From Felis catus (lineage: Eukaryota), in NCBI RefSeq assembly GCF_018350175.1, contig NC_058368.1, positions 1,550,001-1,614,000 on the forward strand: a stretch of DNA of 64,000 nucleotides, given 5' to 3'. Shown here piece after piece: positions 39,345 through 51,878 of the stretch (position 1 is its first letter; each line of letters opens with the position of its first letter). The position numbers and the translations under genes were made by a program. Below the pieces are notes generated by a model. The model was not told where the DNA came from. It saw only the letters and a list, made by a program, of their open reading frames with translations, and searched no databases.

Positions 39345-40540
39345 ACAGAATTTTCCAGATAAACAAAAACTAACCAAGTTCATCACCACTAAACCAGCCT
39401 TACAAGAAATGTTCAAGGGACTTCTTAAAGCTGAATAGAAAAGGGTCTAACAAGTAACAAGAAAACATATGAAAGTAAAGATCTCACTGGTAAATGCAAG
39501 TATATTGTAAACACAGTAGATTAACTGCTTATAAAACTAATATGAACAGTAAAACACAAAAGTGGTACAATTAACTTTTAATAATTATTAAGAAATAAAT
39601 AAAATAAAAAGATGTAAAATATGACATCAAAACCAGAACGTGTGAGGGGGTAAAAACATACAGTTTCTAGAAAGAATTCAAATATAAGACTCTATAAACT
39701 TAAAGTATACTGTTATATAGAGAGTTGTTACATGAACCTCAAAGTAACCACAGGCAAAAATCTACACCAGACACACAAAGACAATGAGAAAGGAATCTAA
39801 ACAAAACACTAAGGAAAATCACTCAACTACAAGGGAAGAGAGTAAGAGAAGAAGAAAAGAACAGAAAGGAAGTACAAAAACAGCCATAAAACAACTGACA
39901 AATGGCCATAAGCTCATACCTATCAATAATTACTTTAAATGTAAATGGACTAAATTCTCCAATCAAAAGAGTGGCTGAACAGATAAAAAAATAAGGTCTA
40001 TATGCTGTCTACAACAGACTCACTTCAGATATGAGGACACACACAGACTGAAAGTGAAGAGATGAAAAAGAAAAGATATTCTATGCAAATGGAAACCAAA
40101 GCTGCATAGCTATACTTGTATCAGACAAAAGAGACTTCAAAGTGTACAGGAATAAATTTAACCAAGGGGGTAAAAGACCTACCTGTACACTTTAAGACAT
40201 AAAACTTTAACACATTGATGAAAGAAATTAAAGGTATAAATGAATGTAAACATATTCCATGCTCATGGATTGAAAGAATTAACATTGTTAAAATATCCAT
40301 ACTGGGGTGCCTGGGCGGCTCAGTCGGTTAAGCATCTGACTTCACTCAGGTCATGATCTCACAGCTTATTGGTTCGAGCCCCACGTCGAGCTCTGTGCTG
40401 ACAGCTCAAAGCCTAGAGCCTGCTTCAGATTCTATGTCTCCCTCTCTCTCTCTGCCCCTACCCCACTCATGCTCTGTCTCTCTCAAAAATAAACACAAAT
40501 AAATAAATACACACATACATATATAAATAAATAAATAAAT
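38664..40540 (+). mobile_element. Three separate CanSINEs within the host L1 (~38664-38885, ~39155-39295, ~40304-40540)
   Basis: SINE heads and tails; L1 sequence resumes after each. Confidence 0.85.
39297..39343. repeat. (GAAA)n microsatellite
   Basis: Direct reading of the sequence. Confidence 0.95.
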
Positions 40541-41094
40541 GTCCATACTACCCAAATGCAATCCTATCGAAATCCTAATGGCATTTTTCACAGAACTATA
40601 ACAAATAATTCAAAATAAGTCAAAAAAAGCTCAAAGGATCTTGAGAAAGAAGAACAAAGCTGAAGGTATCATGCTCCCTGGTTTCAACCTATACTACAAA
40701 AGTATAGTAATTGAAACGCTACGGTATTAGTGTAAAAATGGACAAACAGACCAGCAGAACAGAATAGAGTCCATAAATAAACCTACACATATCTGGTCAG
40801 TTAATTTTGACAAAAGAAACAAGAATATACAATTGGTAAAGGATAGCCTCTTCAACAGACAGTACTGGGAAAAACGGACAGTCATGCAAAAGAATGAAAA
40901 TGGACCACTATCTTATACATGCACAAAAAATATCTCAAAAGTCAAAATGAATTAAAGACTTGAACTTAAGACCTGAAACTATAAAACTCCTAGAAGAAAA
41001 CATAGGTGGTAAGCTCCCTGACACATGTCTTAGCAATAATTTTTTGATCTGGCACCAAAGGCAAGGGAAACAAAAGCAAAAATAAACAAATGGA

Positions 41095-41818
41095 GGGGCG
41101 CCTGCATGGCTCAGTCAGTTTAGTGTCTGACTTCAGCTCAGGTCATGATCCCACCCTTGGTGAGTTGAGCCCCTTAGGGAGCCCCACACCCAGCTCTGAG
41201 TCCGGCTCTGGGCTGACGCCTCGGAGCCTGGAGCCTGCTTCAGATTCTGTGTCTCCCTCTCTCTCTGCCCCTCCCCTGCTTGCACTCTGTCCTGCTCTCT
41301 CAAAAATAAATTAACATTAAAAAAAAAAAAAGAAGAAGACATTGAAAAGAGTAAGAGTGGGGGCGCCTGGGTGGCTCAGTTAGTTAAGCCTCTGACTTCA
41401 GCTCAAGTCATGATCTCTCGGTTGGTGAGTTTAACGCCCCCATCAGGCTCTGTGCTGACAGCTCAGGGCCTGGAGCCTGCTCCGATTCTGTGTCTCCCTC
41501 TCTCTCTGCCCCTCCCCTGCTCGCGCTCTGTCCTGCTCTCTCAAAAATAAACATTAAAAAAAAAAAAAAAAAGAAGAGATTGAAAAGAGTAAGGGGGGGG
41601 GGGCGCCTGGGTGGCTCAGTCAGTTAAATGTCTGACTTCAGCTCAGGTCATGATCTCACAGTTCGTGGGTTCGAGCCCCACATCCAGCTCTGTGCTGACA
41701 GCTTAGAGCCTGGAGCCTGTTTCGGATTCTGTGTCTCCCTCTCTCTGCTCCTCCCTTGCTCATGCTCTGTCTCTCTCTCTCCTTCAAAAATAAATAAAAA
41801 CATTAAAAAAATTTTTTT
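41095..41818 (+). mobile_element. Head-to-tail CanSINE trimer within one TSD
   Basis: Outer TSD aaataaacaaat at 41080-41091 and 41819-41830; linker attgaaaagagtaag at 41341-41355 and 41579-41593. Confidence 0.9.
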
Positions 41819-42431
41819 AAATAAACAAATAGGACCACATAAAACTAAAAAGCATCTGCATAGCAAAGGAAACCATCAAGAAAATGAAAAGGTGAATGCG
41901 AGAAGATCTTTGCAAATGTCATATCCAATAAGGGGTTAATATCCAAAACATATAAGGAACTACAACTCAATAACAAAAAACAACCCAGAGGATCTAAATA
42001 TATTTTTTTCCCAAAGAAAACAAACAAATGGCCAACAGACATGTGAGAAGAAGTTCAATATCACAATCAGGGAAATGCAAATTAAAACCACAATGAGGTA
42101 ACACCTCAAACCTGTCAGAATGGCTAAACTCAAAAACTCAGGAAACATCAAGTGTTGGCGAGGGTGTGAAGGGAACCTGTGTGCACTGCTAATGAGACTG
42201 TAAACTGGTACAGCCATTATGGAAAACTGTATTGAGACTACTCAAAAAATTAAAAATAGAAATACCATACAATCCAGCAGTTTCATTTTTGGTTATTTAC
42301 CAGAGAATACAAAAACACTAATTTGAAAGGATATATGCACCTCTACGTTCATTGAAGCACTACTTACAACAGCCAAGATATGAAAACAACCTAAGTGTTC
42401 ACCTATGAATGAATGGATAGACATGATGTAT

Positions 42432-42433
<2 letters not shown>

Positions 42434-42474
<41 letters not shown>
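42434..42474. repeat. (CA)n microsatellite
   Basis: Direct reading of the sequence. Confidence 0.95.
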
Positions 42475-42477
<3 letters not shown>

Positions 42478-42515
42478 GATGGAATACTACTCAGCTTTAA
42501 AAAGGAATATCTTAT

Positions 42516-42727
42516 GGGGCGTCTGGGTGGCTCAGTCAGTTAAGCATCCAACTTTGGCTCAGGTCATGATCTCGCGGTTTGTGGGTTCGAGCCCCACATC
42601 AGGCTCTGTGCTGACAGCTCAGAGCCTGGAGCCTGCCTCAGATTCTGTGTCTCCCTCTCCCTCTGCCTCTCCCCCGCTCGCACTCTGTCTCCCTCTCAAA
42701 AATAAATAAACATTTTTTTAAAAAAAA
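42516..42727 (+). mobile_element. CanSINE
   Basis: TSD aaaaggaatatctt on both sides. Confidence 0.9.
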
Positions 42728-45104
42728 GGAATATCTTGTCATTTGTGACAACATGGATGGATCTTGAAGGTATCATAGTAAGTGAAAGAAGTCAGACAAA
42801 GACAAATACGCACTGTTATGTAGAATCTGAAAAACAAACTAAACTCAACTGATCCAAACTCATAGATACAGAGAATGGACTGGTGGTTACCAGAGGGGAA
42901 GGGGTTCCAATGGGAAAAATTGGGGAAGGGGTTCAATTGTATGGTGATGCATGATAACTAGATTCGTGGTGGTGATCACTCTGTAGTGTATACAGATATC
43001 AAATTATAATGTTGTACACCTGAATTCCATATAAGGTTATATACCAATTTTACTTCAATTAAAAAAAAAAAAAACAGGAAAAAAAAAACCCAACATCTTA
43101 GCATCCTAGCAAGCCCTTCAGGCTTTTTTTCAGTTAAAAAAAAAAAAATGCAATCTCTGTTATAAAAGTTCAAACATCTGTCTACTGGGACCAGGCATGA
43201 TGGATATACAGCTGGCGATGATACAATTTCCACCCAAAGGGGAAGCAGAACTTTTCCTGAAGCAGATGGGCCCCTGCGCTCAGTCTTAAAGAACTGTGCT
43301 CAGTGAAGAGGCACAGGAGGCACCAGGGACATGACGATGTTGGCCTTCTCCCCCAGATTGGTTCCTATTTGAACAAGCTCAGGGCCTAACATGTGGGTAA
43401 ACACAATGCAGTATGTACATGGACACAGAATTCACATTTCAGTTATTTAGAAACACCGTATTATGTAGAGATAAGTTCCTCTGCAGGCTTCTAGGGCTAA
43501 CAGATACAAAAGCTGGAGAACACCAGTCAAATGTGTTCAGGACTCCCACTTTTACTCCATTTTTTAAAGCTGCCATTACCATATTTCCCTTCTGTATGTT
43601 CCCACAGCCCTAGATACAAGAGGCTTTTTTTTTTTTCTCTTTCTTAATTCTTCAAAAGCACACTCCTGTTGGGTCAAGCCCACCATTCTGAAGGGACCCG
43701 CCCCGGATGCTTGCAGGAAAAAGCCGTGAGGACGAGTGGCCTTTAGGGAAAGAAAAAAAAAAAAAAAAAAGAACGGGAAAGAATTAAATAGGGACTATAT
43801 TTCTAGCAGCGACTTTCAACGAGTCTGGTACTTACTAGGAAAAGATGGAAAAACAATGGTCCAACATGTCCCGGAGATTGAAATACGGATACTTTTGTCT
43901 GTCGAAATCCAAGAATGAAACTCAAGCAGGTTTTAGCAAATTCACTTACATTCCCAGCCCCATTTGGTAAATAAATGGATGTTCCTTGGAATCACCCAGG
44001 GGGCTGGGAAAGAGAGGAAAAGAGGAGGGGGCCAGGAAGGGGGAGGAAGGGAGAGGAGCGGTGAGGAGGGGAGAGAGGGAGGGAACAGAGAGGAATGAAG
44101 GGGAGGGGAGCAGCACTACTCTAGAAGCAGAGATGGGTGTGTTTTGAGGTGCTGATGGTGTAGGGACAGACAGGAAGGGCTTCCTACCCTGTGCTAATTC
44201 CTGTGGTCATTAAAGTTTGCCAACTCTATTTAATTCCTTGTCAAACTCCCTCAAGGAAAGCAGAAATAACCGGACTCGCCAATCCCTGCTCCTTCTTGAG
44301 AGACTGTGCTCCCTCACCCAAGAACCAGAGCCAGGTCGGAGCACCATCAATTCCAAGCTTCACTTAACATTTATTAGGCGCCAGCAGAACCCCACTCCAA
44401 AGCATGCTGTGAGACACAAAACTCTTGCCCTTGACCCTGGACAACTGAAACGCAAAGCAAGCATGGTCACTGTTATCCAGTACAGGGGACACTTTGAAAA
44501 TATATTTTTATATTCCCTCACGGGGCAGCCACACATTCGCGTGTCTGTAAAGGCCAAAGGCTCAGTGAATTCCACAGCTGTGAGCAAAAGGAAGCTGGCA
44601 AAAAGCATCCTGATTCCTTCTTTCAATTGGTTCTAAAGGGGAAAACCCTGACACTGGAATTGTCGCTGAGGGGAGGGTCAGGTATGCCAATACCTCGGCG
44701 GCAAAAACAGACACAAAGTCACCCCTAAAAAGGTGCTTCTAGTTATAAACAGCAAGTATTACCATGCCTACAGATTGTTATGATACCCTATCAAAGCAAA
44801 GGTACACATAAATGCTTTTTTTTTTTTTTAATGAAAATAGCAGGAGTTTTAAAAGAGCGGCTGGGGGGCACAAACAAAAATGTGCATAGAATTTAGGCTG
44901 TTAAACTGACACACCCTAGAAAAGTCTTTGGCCTCCAGGCGCTTTCCCCACGAATCAGCAATCAGGAATGAATTCCCCGTGTATTCGCCAAACACCTGCT
45001 GCCGCCCAGAGACAACCCTGGGGACAAAAACATGCACATTCCTACGCCCTGCAGGCAGCCCTGTCCACAGGTGTGCTAATGAACCTCTTTGCTGGGACAG
45101 TCCC

Positions 45105-45245
45105 ATGTCAGTCACTTAACTGCGACCAGGGGCAAACTGCTTAACGTCCATTTTCTCATCCGTAAAATGGGAACAGTTAAGAAAACAGTCCTGCAGAATC
45201 TTTCCCAGACTTCCATTTCGTCCATATCTAACGCCCAGCACGTCT
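45105..45245. mobile_element. MIR fragment
   Basis: ttttctcatccgtaaaatggga MIR core. Confidence 0.6.
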
Positions 45246-45289
45246 ATTTGTATTAGCTAGGAGGCCTGGCATCAACTAATCCCACAAAC

Positions 45290-46120
45290 CGCATTTCCAC
45301 CGCAGCCTGCGCCGTCAGCTTCCCGAACCTTGCTTGCACATCAGCCCGAAGTGAAACAAAATAGCACTCTACAGGGCGCCTCGACCTGCAAAGCCACGCC
45401 GCTACCGGGCGACTCTCCCCGCCCGGCCGCTTGCGTGGAGGGCTGCAAGGACGCACTGAGCCCTCGAGGGCTGGAGGCCGGCGTTCCACCACGCCGCTTC
45501 CAGCTCTGGAAGGTGACGGCGACCTGGGCGCCCAAGCCGCGGCGACGACGCGCGGGCCCCATGCTCGGGCGCACCGCGGGGTCCGGGTCTCCCCCAGCGC
45601 CGTGGCAAGTGGGCGGCGGGTCGGGGCCGTTTACCTGCCAACGATCACCACCACGCCTGCCGCTGGGGACGCCATGGCCCGACGCCCGGGTGGCCCGGGA
45701 GCCGCACCGCAAGTGCGAAGTGCAGTGGGCTACGGGGCTCCCGGACGCCGCGCGCGGCGCCAGATCCCCGCGCCGGGCGGGGCGTGACCCGCGCCCATTG
45801 GCTGGGCGCTCGAGTCGGGGGCGGGCGTGCGGGTCCCGATAGGCTGCGGGAGGGCCGGGAGGCGGGCCCGCCGCCTCGGCCCCCATTGGGTGCGCGTGGC
45901 AGGCGGAACCTCCACCCGGACACCCAGGCGCCCACCCCGTGCTAAGGGGCGCGGGCGGGGCAGGTCCGCAGGAGGACCGGCCGGAGGGCAACGCCGGAGG
46001 GAAAGCGCGAAGACCCGACCCTGTGGACTGCAGTAATTCATTTTCTCATACTTTAGTTTCCAAATGCGCACCCCAAAATCAGTGTACGTAGAAGGGGACA
46101 CTTCCGTGCTGGCGCAAGGC
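45290..46120 (-). promoter_or_regulatory. CRYL1: CRYL1 CpG-island promoter, no obvious TATA box
   Basis: Very GC/CpG-rich around exon 1. Minus-strand CCAAT boxes at 45797-45801 and 45885-45889; GC boxes at ~45775-45782, 45817-45825 and 45953-45960; ETS-like cacttccg at ~46099. Confidence 0.85.
45635..45675 (-). CDS. CRYL1: CRYL1 coding exon 1 (MASPAAGVVVIVG + 2 nt of Ser)
   Basis: Minus strand reads gggccATGGCGTCCCCAGCGGCAGGCGTGGTGGTGATCGTTGGCAG|gtaaac. Strong Kozak context, GT donor at 45634-45633, 41 nt, phase 2. An in-frame stop upstream (45730-45732) rules out an N-terminal extension. Matches the lambda-crystallin N-terminus. Confidence 0.95.
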
Positions 46121-46879
46121 TTGACCGCTAAAGGACCCCAAAGAAACTGCTAGAATTTCTTGTCTGAAAATATCATCACCTCTTCAATACATACCAGCTC
46201 AGGCGTTTATAATGAGACTGCTTATTGCTGAGTTTACACTCGTGATTCGTTTCTAGAAAGATCCTCGCTGCCTTTCTCCACAGATGGGAATTGAGACCCA
46301 GGAGCCTCGGGAAAGCGGAAACGGAAAGCTCCAAATGTATTAATAATCTGTGAACCTGGAAGCCGTGTTTAATTCCACTGCACTGTGCTAAGGGGACTGT
46401 CAGGAGTGGGGCCGGGTTGAACTGTATTTCCTCCTTCAAGAGGCAGAGTCTGTTTGTGTATGACAGGAAGGAAATGTCACAGTGCCTGACACCCGGCTCT
46501 TTTCAGATCCCAGGGACGAGCAGACCAAGAGGATGGATCATCATACGTGGCCAGACAGTTCGTGTCCACACAGCGCAAGCTGAAGGGGGAATACCAGCCA
46601 TCCAGTTCAAGATGATTAGAAAGCGGAAAACGTGTGCAACGCGGAGGACAAACGGAGCTCCTCCTTCGTTTTCCCCACTCAGAGCGCGGAAGGAGGAATG
46701 TCACAGGGAGAAGTAGGCTTTAAAGGATAATTTCACAAACCGTCAATGAACATTTGAAACAGGTGCGCAACTCAAGAGACGGTAAATGAAAAGTTAACAC
46801 AAGAAAGATAACTCGCCTTTTACGGATCAATTGTCTAAAATTACAAAGATTGATAAAATATCCATGTTGGCAGTGACGT

Positions 46880-47435
46880 GTTTCCGACATAGAACTCTTT
46901 AATACACAACTGAAGGCAGGCTGATACGGACACAGCCTTTCTGGATAGAAATGCTGCCGGGACAGCAGCCAGCCATGAGCCCTGAGCATTGCTGCACGTC
47001 CTTACTGACCAGAATAGACTGTAAGACGTCTCCATCTCCTGATGCTAAGTGCTTTCTGCAGCTGCGCACACAGGCAGCTAGTAGGCCAAGGCTCCCGCGG
47101 AGTGAGTACCCGTAACTGCTCGTCTCTGGGCTGGAAGGGGACTGGCTTGTGTGCTGCTTACCACAGTGTTGGCCCTGTGCTGAAAAAGTGCTGGTCCCTC
47201 GGCCCTTTGCAGATGCTGGGGTCATCTGGCCCGCCCTGTAACCCTGCCGGAAATGGGGCTCCAAGAACTGGTGCTACCATGCTGACACTCTGGCTACTGC
47301 TTTTGCTGTGGGTAGTAAGGTCTTGCATCTCTCATCCGTGAGTCTTGTGTCTCGGGCAGCTTCCACAAAAGTGCGGCAAGCTGACTTGTTAGTTTGCAAT
47401 ATGGCGACAATCTCAGACCCCTCCCAGTTCTAGAC
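46880..47435 (+). mobile_element. ERV LTR remnant (MER34/MER39-like)
   Basis: gagtcttgtgtctc...gctgacttgttagtttgcaa...aatctcagacccctcccagttctagac. Confidence 0.55.
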
Positions 47436-47513
47436 GCGCCAAAATTTAAAAGGTATGTACTTTGGCTTAGCAAATTCCAGTCTAGATGTATGTTACACAG
47501 AAATACAAGTGAA

Positions 47514-47725
47514 GGGGTGCCTGGGTGGCTCGGTTGGTTAAGGGTACGACTCTCGGTTTCGGCTCAGGTCATAGTCTCACGGTTCGTGGTTTTGAGCCCC
47601 GAGTCAGCCTCTGTGCTGACGGCGTGGAACCTGGAGCCTGCTTTGGATTCTGTGTCTCTCTCTCTGCCTCTCTCTCTCAAAAATAAATAAACATGAAAAA
47701 AAAAAATCTCTTTAATAAAAAAAAA
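47514..47725 (+). mobile_element. CanSINE
   Basis: Head, CT tract, A tail. Confidence 0.9.
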
Positions 47726-48019
47726 ATACCAGTAGACACAAAGACAAAATTATTTATTTCAGCATAGAAATAGAATTTAAAAATATGGAAATATTATAAT
47801 CTTAAAATAATGTTAAAATAGATATTAAAAACATGATGACTATCAAAGAGACAGTTTTAAAGATTATGGTACAGAGGGCTTCTACTTCTGGCTGAGACGG
47901 AGTAACAGAAACCAGACTTAAGCTCCTGCCTTAAACAGAAGGAAACCCACACACACACCACTGCTGCCAAAATCCAGGGAGAATGTTCTAAGACATTAGA
48001 CAAGAGGGAGTCTTGGTTT

Positions 48020-51000
48020 GTGATCCCAGAGTCCATAAATGTACACAGTCTGCTGACTTTCAATAAAGGTACAAAGGCAATTCGATGGCAAAGGATAGTC
48101 TTTTCGACACATGGAGCTGGAACAGGTGGATAAGGTAGTGATAATAATAGCCCCTCACCATATACACAACAACTAACTCCAAATACATCACAACCCTACA
48201 TGCAAAACCTAAAACTACAAAACATCTAAAAGGAAACATAGGAGAGAACGTGGTGACCTTGAGTTAGACAGAGATTTCTTGGATATGCCACAAAAAGTGT
48301 TAACAGGCGAAAGAAAAAGTTGATAAGTTAGACTTCATCAAAATTAAGAGTTTCTGCTTTTTCCAAACAGTATCAAGAGAATGAAGACAAGCCACAAACT
48401 GGGGGGAAATATTTTCAAATTAGGCATCTGTTACAGGCCTCACGTAAAAAATATATAAAGAGTTCTCCAACTCAATAATCATTTTTTTAAGTTTAAAAAG
48501 AGACAAAACTCAAACCAATTCAAAAACCATAAGGCAAAAGACTTATGAATAGACATCTCTCCGAAGTAGATATACAAATGGCCAAAAAGTACATGAAAAG
48601 ATGCTTGATATCAATAATCACAAAACCACAATGAGATACCACGTCACACCCAATCAGGATGACTATTGAAAGAGAGAGAGAGAGGAAGGAAGGAAGGAAG
48701 GAAGGAAGGAAGGAAGGAAGGAAGGAAGGAAGGAAGGAAGGAAAGAAAAGAAAAGAAAAGAAAAGAAAAGAAAAGAAAAGAAAAGAAAAGAAAAGAAAAG
48801 AAAAGAAAAGAAAAGAAAAGAAAAGAAAAAAGAAAGGGGGGTGCCTGGGTGGCTCAGTAGGTTAAGTCAAACTTCAGCTCAGGTCACGATCTCATGGTGC
48901 ATGAGTTCAAGCTCTGCATCAGGCTCTCTGCTATCAGCACAGAGCCTGCTTCAGATCCTCTGTCCCCCCCACTCGCTCTATGCCCCTCCCCCACTCCTCT
49001 CTCTCCCTCTCTCTCTCTCTCTCTCAAAATAAACTTAAAAAAAAAATAACAAGTGTTGGTGGGGATGTGGAGAAATTAGAATCCATGTGCATTGCTGGTG
49101 GGAATGTAAACTGGTGCAACCACTGAAGAAAACAGTATGGCACTTCCTCAAAAATTAAAAAACAGAATTTCATATGATCCAGAAATCCTACTTCTAGGTA
49201 TATACACAGAAGAATTGAAAGTAGGTATTAAACAGATATCTGTATGGCTATGGCTCACAGCATAATTATTCACAATAGCCAAAGTGTGGAAGCAATCTAA
49301 GTGCCCATCGATAGATGAATAGGTGAGCAAAATATAGCATATATGTGCAATGGAATATTATTCAGCCTTAAAAAGGAAGGAAATTCTGAGGCACACTACA
49401 ACATGGATGAACTTTGAAGATTTTATGCTAAGAGAACTAAGTCACAAAGAAGAAATATTTTATGATTCCACGTATATGAGGTAACTAGAGTTGTCAAATT
49501 CATAGAGACAAAATAAAATTTTGGTTTCCGGGAGCTTCCTGGAGGGGGGAAGTGAGGAGCTATTGTTTAATGGGGATGATTTCAGTTTGAGAAGATGAAA
49601 AAGTTCTGGAGATGGATGGAGGTGATGGTTGTACAACAATGGGAATATAGTTGATGTTACAGAACTGGACACTTTAAAATGGTATGATACATTTTATGTT
49701 ATGTATATTTTAGCACAATGTATTTTTTTAAGTTTTTAAACTTTTTTGTTGTTTGATGGAATAGTTTCAATTGTGCAAAATGAAGAGTTCTGGAGAGTGG
49801 ATGCACAACAACATAAATGTACTTAACACTACTGAATATGCACTTTATTTTTTTTAATGTTAATTTTTGAGAGAGCACAATGTGGGGGAGGGGCAGAAAG
49901 AGGGGGACAGAGGATCCAAAGCACGCTCTCTGCTGACAGCAGGGAGCCTGATGTGAGGCTCAAACTCACAAACCGTGAGATCGTGACCTGAGCCAAAGTC
50001 ACTCAACCAACCGAGCCACCCAGGTGTCCTTGAATGTACACTTTAAAAATGGTTAAAGTGAGGGGTGCCTGGGTGGCTCAGTCGGTTAAGCATCCTACTT
50101 TAGCTCAGGTCATGATCTCTCAGTCTGTGAGTTCGAGCCCCACGTCGGACTCTGTGCTGACAGCTCGGAGCCTGGAGCCCGTTTCAGATTCTGTGTCTCC
50201 CTCTCTCTGACCCTCCCCCGTTCATGCTCTATCTCTCTCTGTCTCAAAAATAAATAAGTGTTAAAAAAAATTTTTTTTTTAATTTTTTTTAACGGTTTAA
50301 GTGAGGGGCTCCTGGATGGCTCAGTCGGTTAAGCATCTGACCTCGGCTCAGGTCATGATCTCACAACTCCTGGGTTCGAGCCCCAAGCCCGTCTCTGTGC
50401 TGACAGCTCAGAGCCTGAAGCTGCTTTAGATTCTGTGTCTTCCTCTCTCTCTGTCCCTTCCTTATTTGCACTTCTCTCTCTCTCTCAAAAATAAACATTT
50501 TTAAAAAATAGTTAAAGTGATAAGTTTTATGTTGTGTATACTTTATCACAGCTTTTTTAAATGACCTAAAGATTTAAAAAGACATTTCATGAAAGAAGAT
50601 GTATGGCTGGCAAATAAGCACATGACAAGATGCAAATATCACTAGTCGTTAGGGAAGTGCTCATCAAAACTGTAGTGAGGAACCAACACATACTTAATAG
50701 AATGGCTAAAATTAAAATAGATAAGGAAACTGACAATTCCAGGTGCTGGTGAAGATATGGAACAACTGAGACTCTCATATTTGCCAGTGGGAATGCAAAA
50801 CGGTACAACCCATTTAGAAAAAGTTTGACAGTGTCCTATAAACTTAAATATATGCGTAGCATACATAAATTCTTATGTAGAATTTCTGCCAGTTTCCACA
50901 AAGTGCCAGAATTCCTATTCTGAGGTGTTTACCCAAATGAAATGAATACTCAGTTCACATGAAAACCTATAGGCAAACACGTGTGTCTGCTTTGTTCAAA

Positions 51001-51590
51001 TCCACAAACTGTAAATAACTGCAAATAACCCAACTGTAAGTAACCTTTCAACTGGCAAATAGAAAAATGATCTGTGATACATCCATACAATGGACAATAA
51101 AAGGAACAAACTAACCAAAAGAAGGAATGACTATTAATGTCCACAACGTAGATAAATCCAAATAAAGTGTGCTAAACAACAGAAGCCAGACTCAAAAGAC
51201 TGTATGCTGTGTACTTCTATTTATTCGAAATTCTGGAAATGGCAAAACGATTGGGATAGAGAATAGATCCGTGATTGCCAGGGGTGGGGGATGGTGAGGT
51301 GTCGAATGAAAAGGAGCATCAAGAGGGAATTGAAGGATAGGGGAGATAGAACTGTTCTGAATCCAGAGCATACTCTATTCATTTGACAAAACTCTCAGAA
51401 TTGTATGTGCATTTTAAAGTAACTAAAAATTAAAAATTAAATTATGAGATACAACTGTTCAGCTCTTAATATACCATTAAATGTCAATATTAGAAGAGAA
51501 GAATTCAAATATGTGATTAAAACTTCCACCCTAAGAAACTAGAAAAAGAAAAGCAAATTAATCTCAAATTTATGAGAAGAAAAATCCCAG
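48020..51590 (+). mobile_element. Old L1 3' fragments (L1MB/L1ME-like) interrupted by SINEs at +48837-49047, -49845-50029, +50062-50290 and +50305-50506
   Basis: ORF2 C-terminal and 3'UTR motifs; SINE heads and tails. Confidence 0.8.
48670..48835. repeat. Compound (GA)n(GGAA)n(GAAAA)n purine microsatellite
   Basis: Direct reading; explains the Lys/Arg/Glu-rich ORFs at 48659 and 48666. Confidence 0.97.
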
Positions 51591-51790
51591 GGGCAGCTGG
51601 GGGACTCAGTTGGTTAAGCCTCTGACTTCAGTTCAGATTATGATTCCACGGTTTGTGAGTTCAAGCCCCGCTGACAGCTCAAAGCCTGGAGCCTGCTTTG
51701 GATTCTGTGTCTCCCTCTCTCTCTGCCCTTCCCTGCTCATTCTCTGTCTCTTTCTGTCTCAAAAATCAATAAACATTAAAAAAATTTTTT
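51589..51790 (+). mobile_element. CanSINE
   Basis: Degenerate head, CT tract. Confidence 0.85.
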
Positions 51791-51878
51791 TAGGTGTTTA
51801 AAATTTTGATGTATTTTTTTAAAGACAAGCAAACTGGCTGTCAAGATCTAAGAAGTCTAAGAAATAAAAAGTGAACAT

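Larger units (their letters stand above)
34100..43090 (+). mobile_element. Old near-full-length L1 host: 5'UTR, ORF1 ~38050-39430, ORF2 with a large internal deletion at ~40140, 3'UTR to ~43090; heavily interrupted
   Basis: ORF1-like ctagaggggttcaacagcagactag and gctgaaaacttcc; ORF2 start aatgtaaatggactaaattctccaatcaaaaga; 3' end tgttgtacacctgaa followed by poly(A). Confidence 0.85.

Noticed and set aside
41095..41818. Repeat-spacer pattern as a CRISPR-like array
   Set aside because: Eukaryotic context, ~240-bp SINE units and repeated rather than unique spacers.
45330..46101. Several 100-216 aa ORFs over the promoter, and a possible uORF at 45798-45730
   Set aside because: These are GC-rich shadow ORFs; only the 41-nt exon matches CRYL1. 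The upstream ATGs sit within CCAAT boxes, probably upstream of the TSS.
48659..48865. Highly basic KEGR/KRKEK ORFs
   Set aside because: Translations of the (GGAA)n(GAAAA)n microsatellite.
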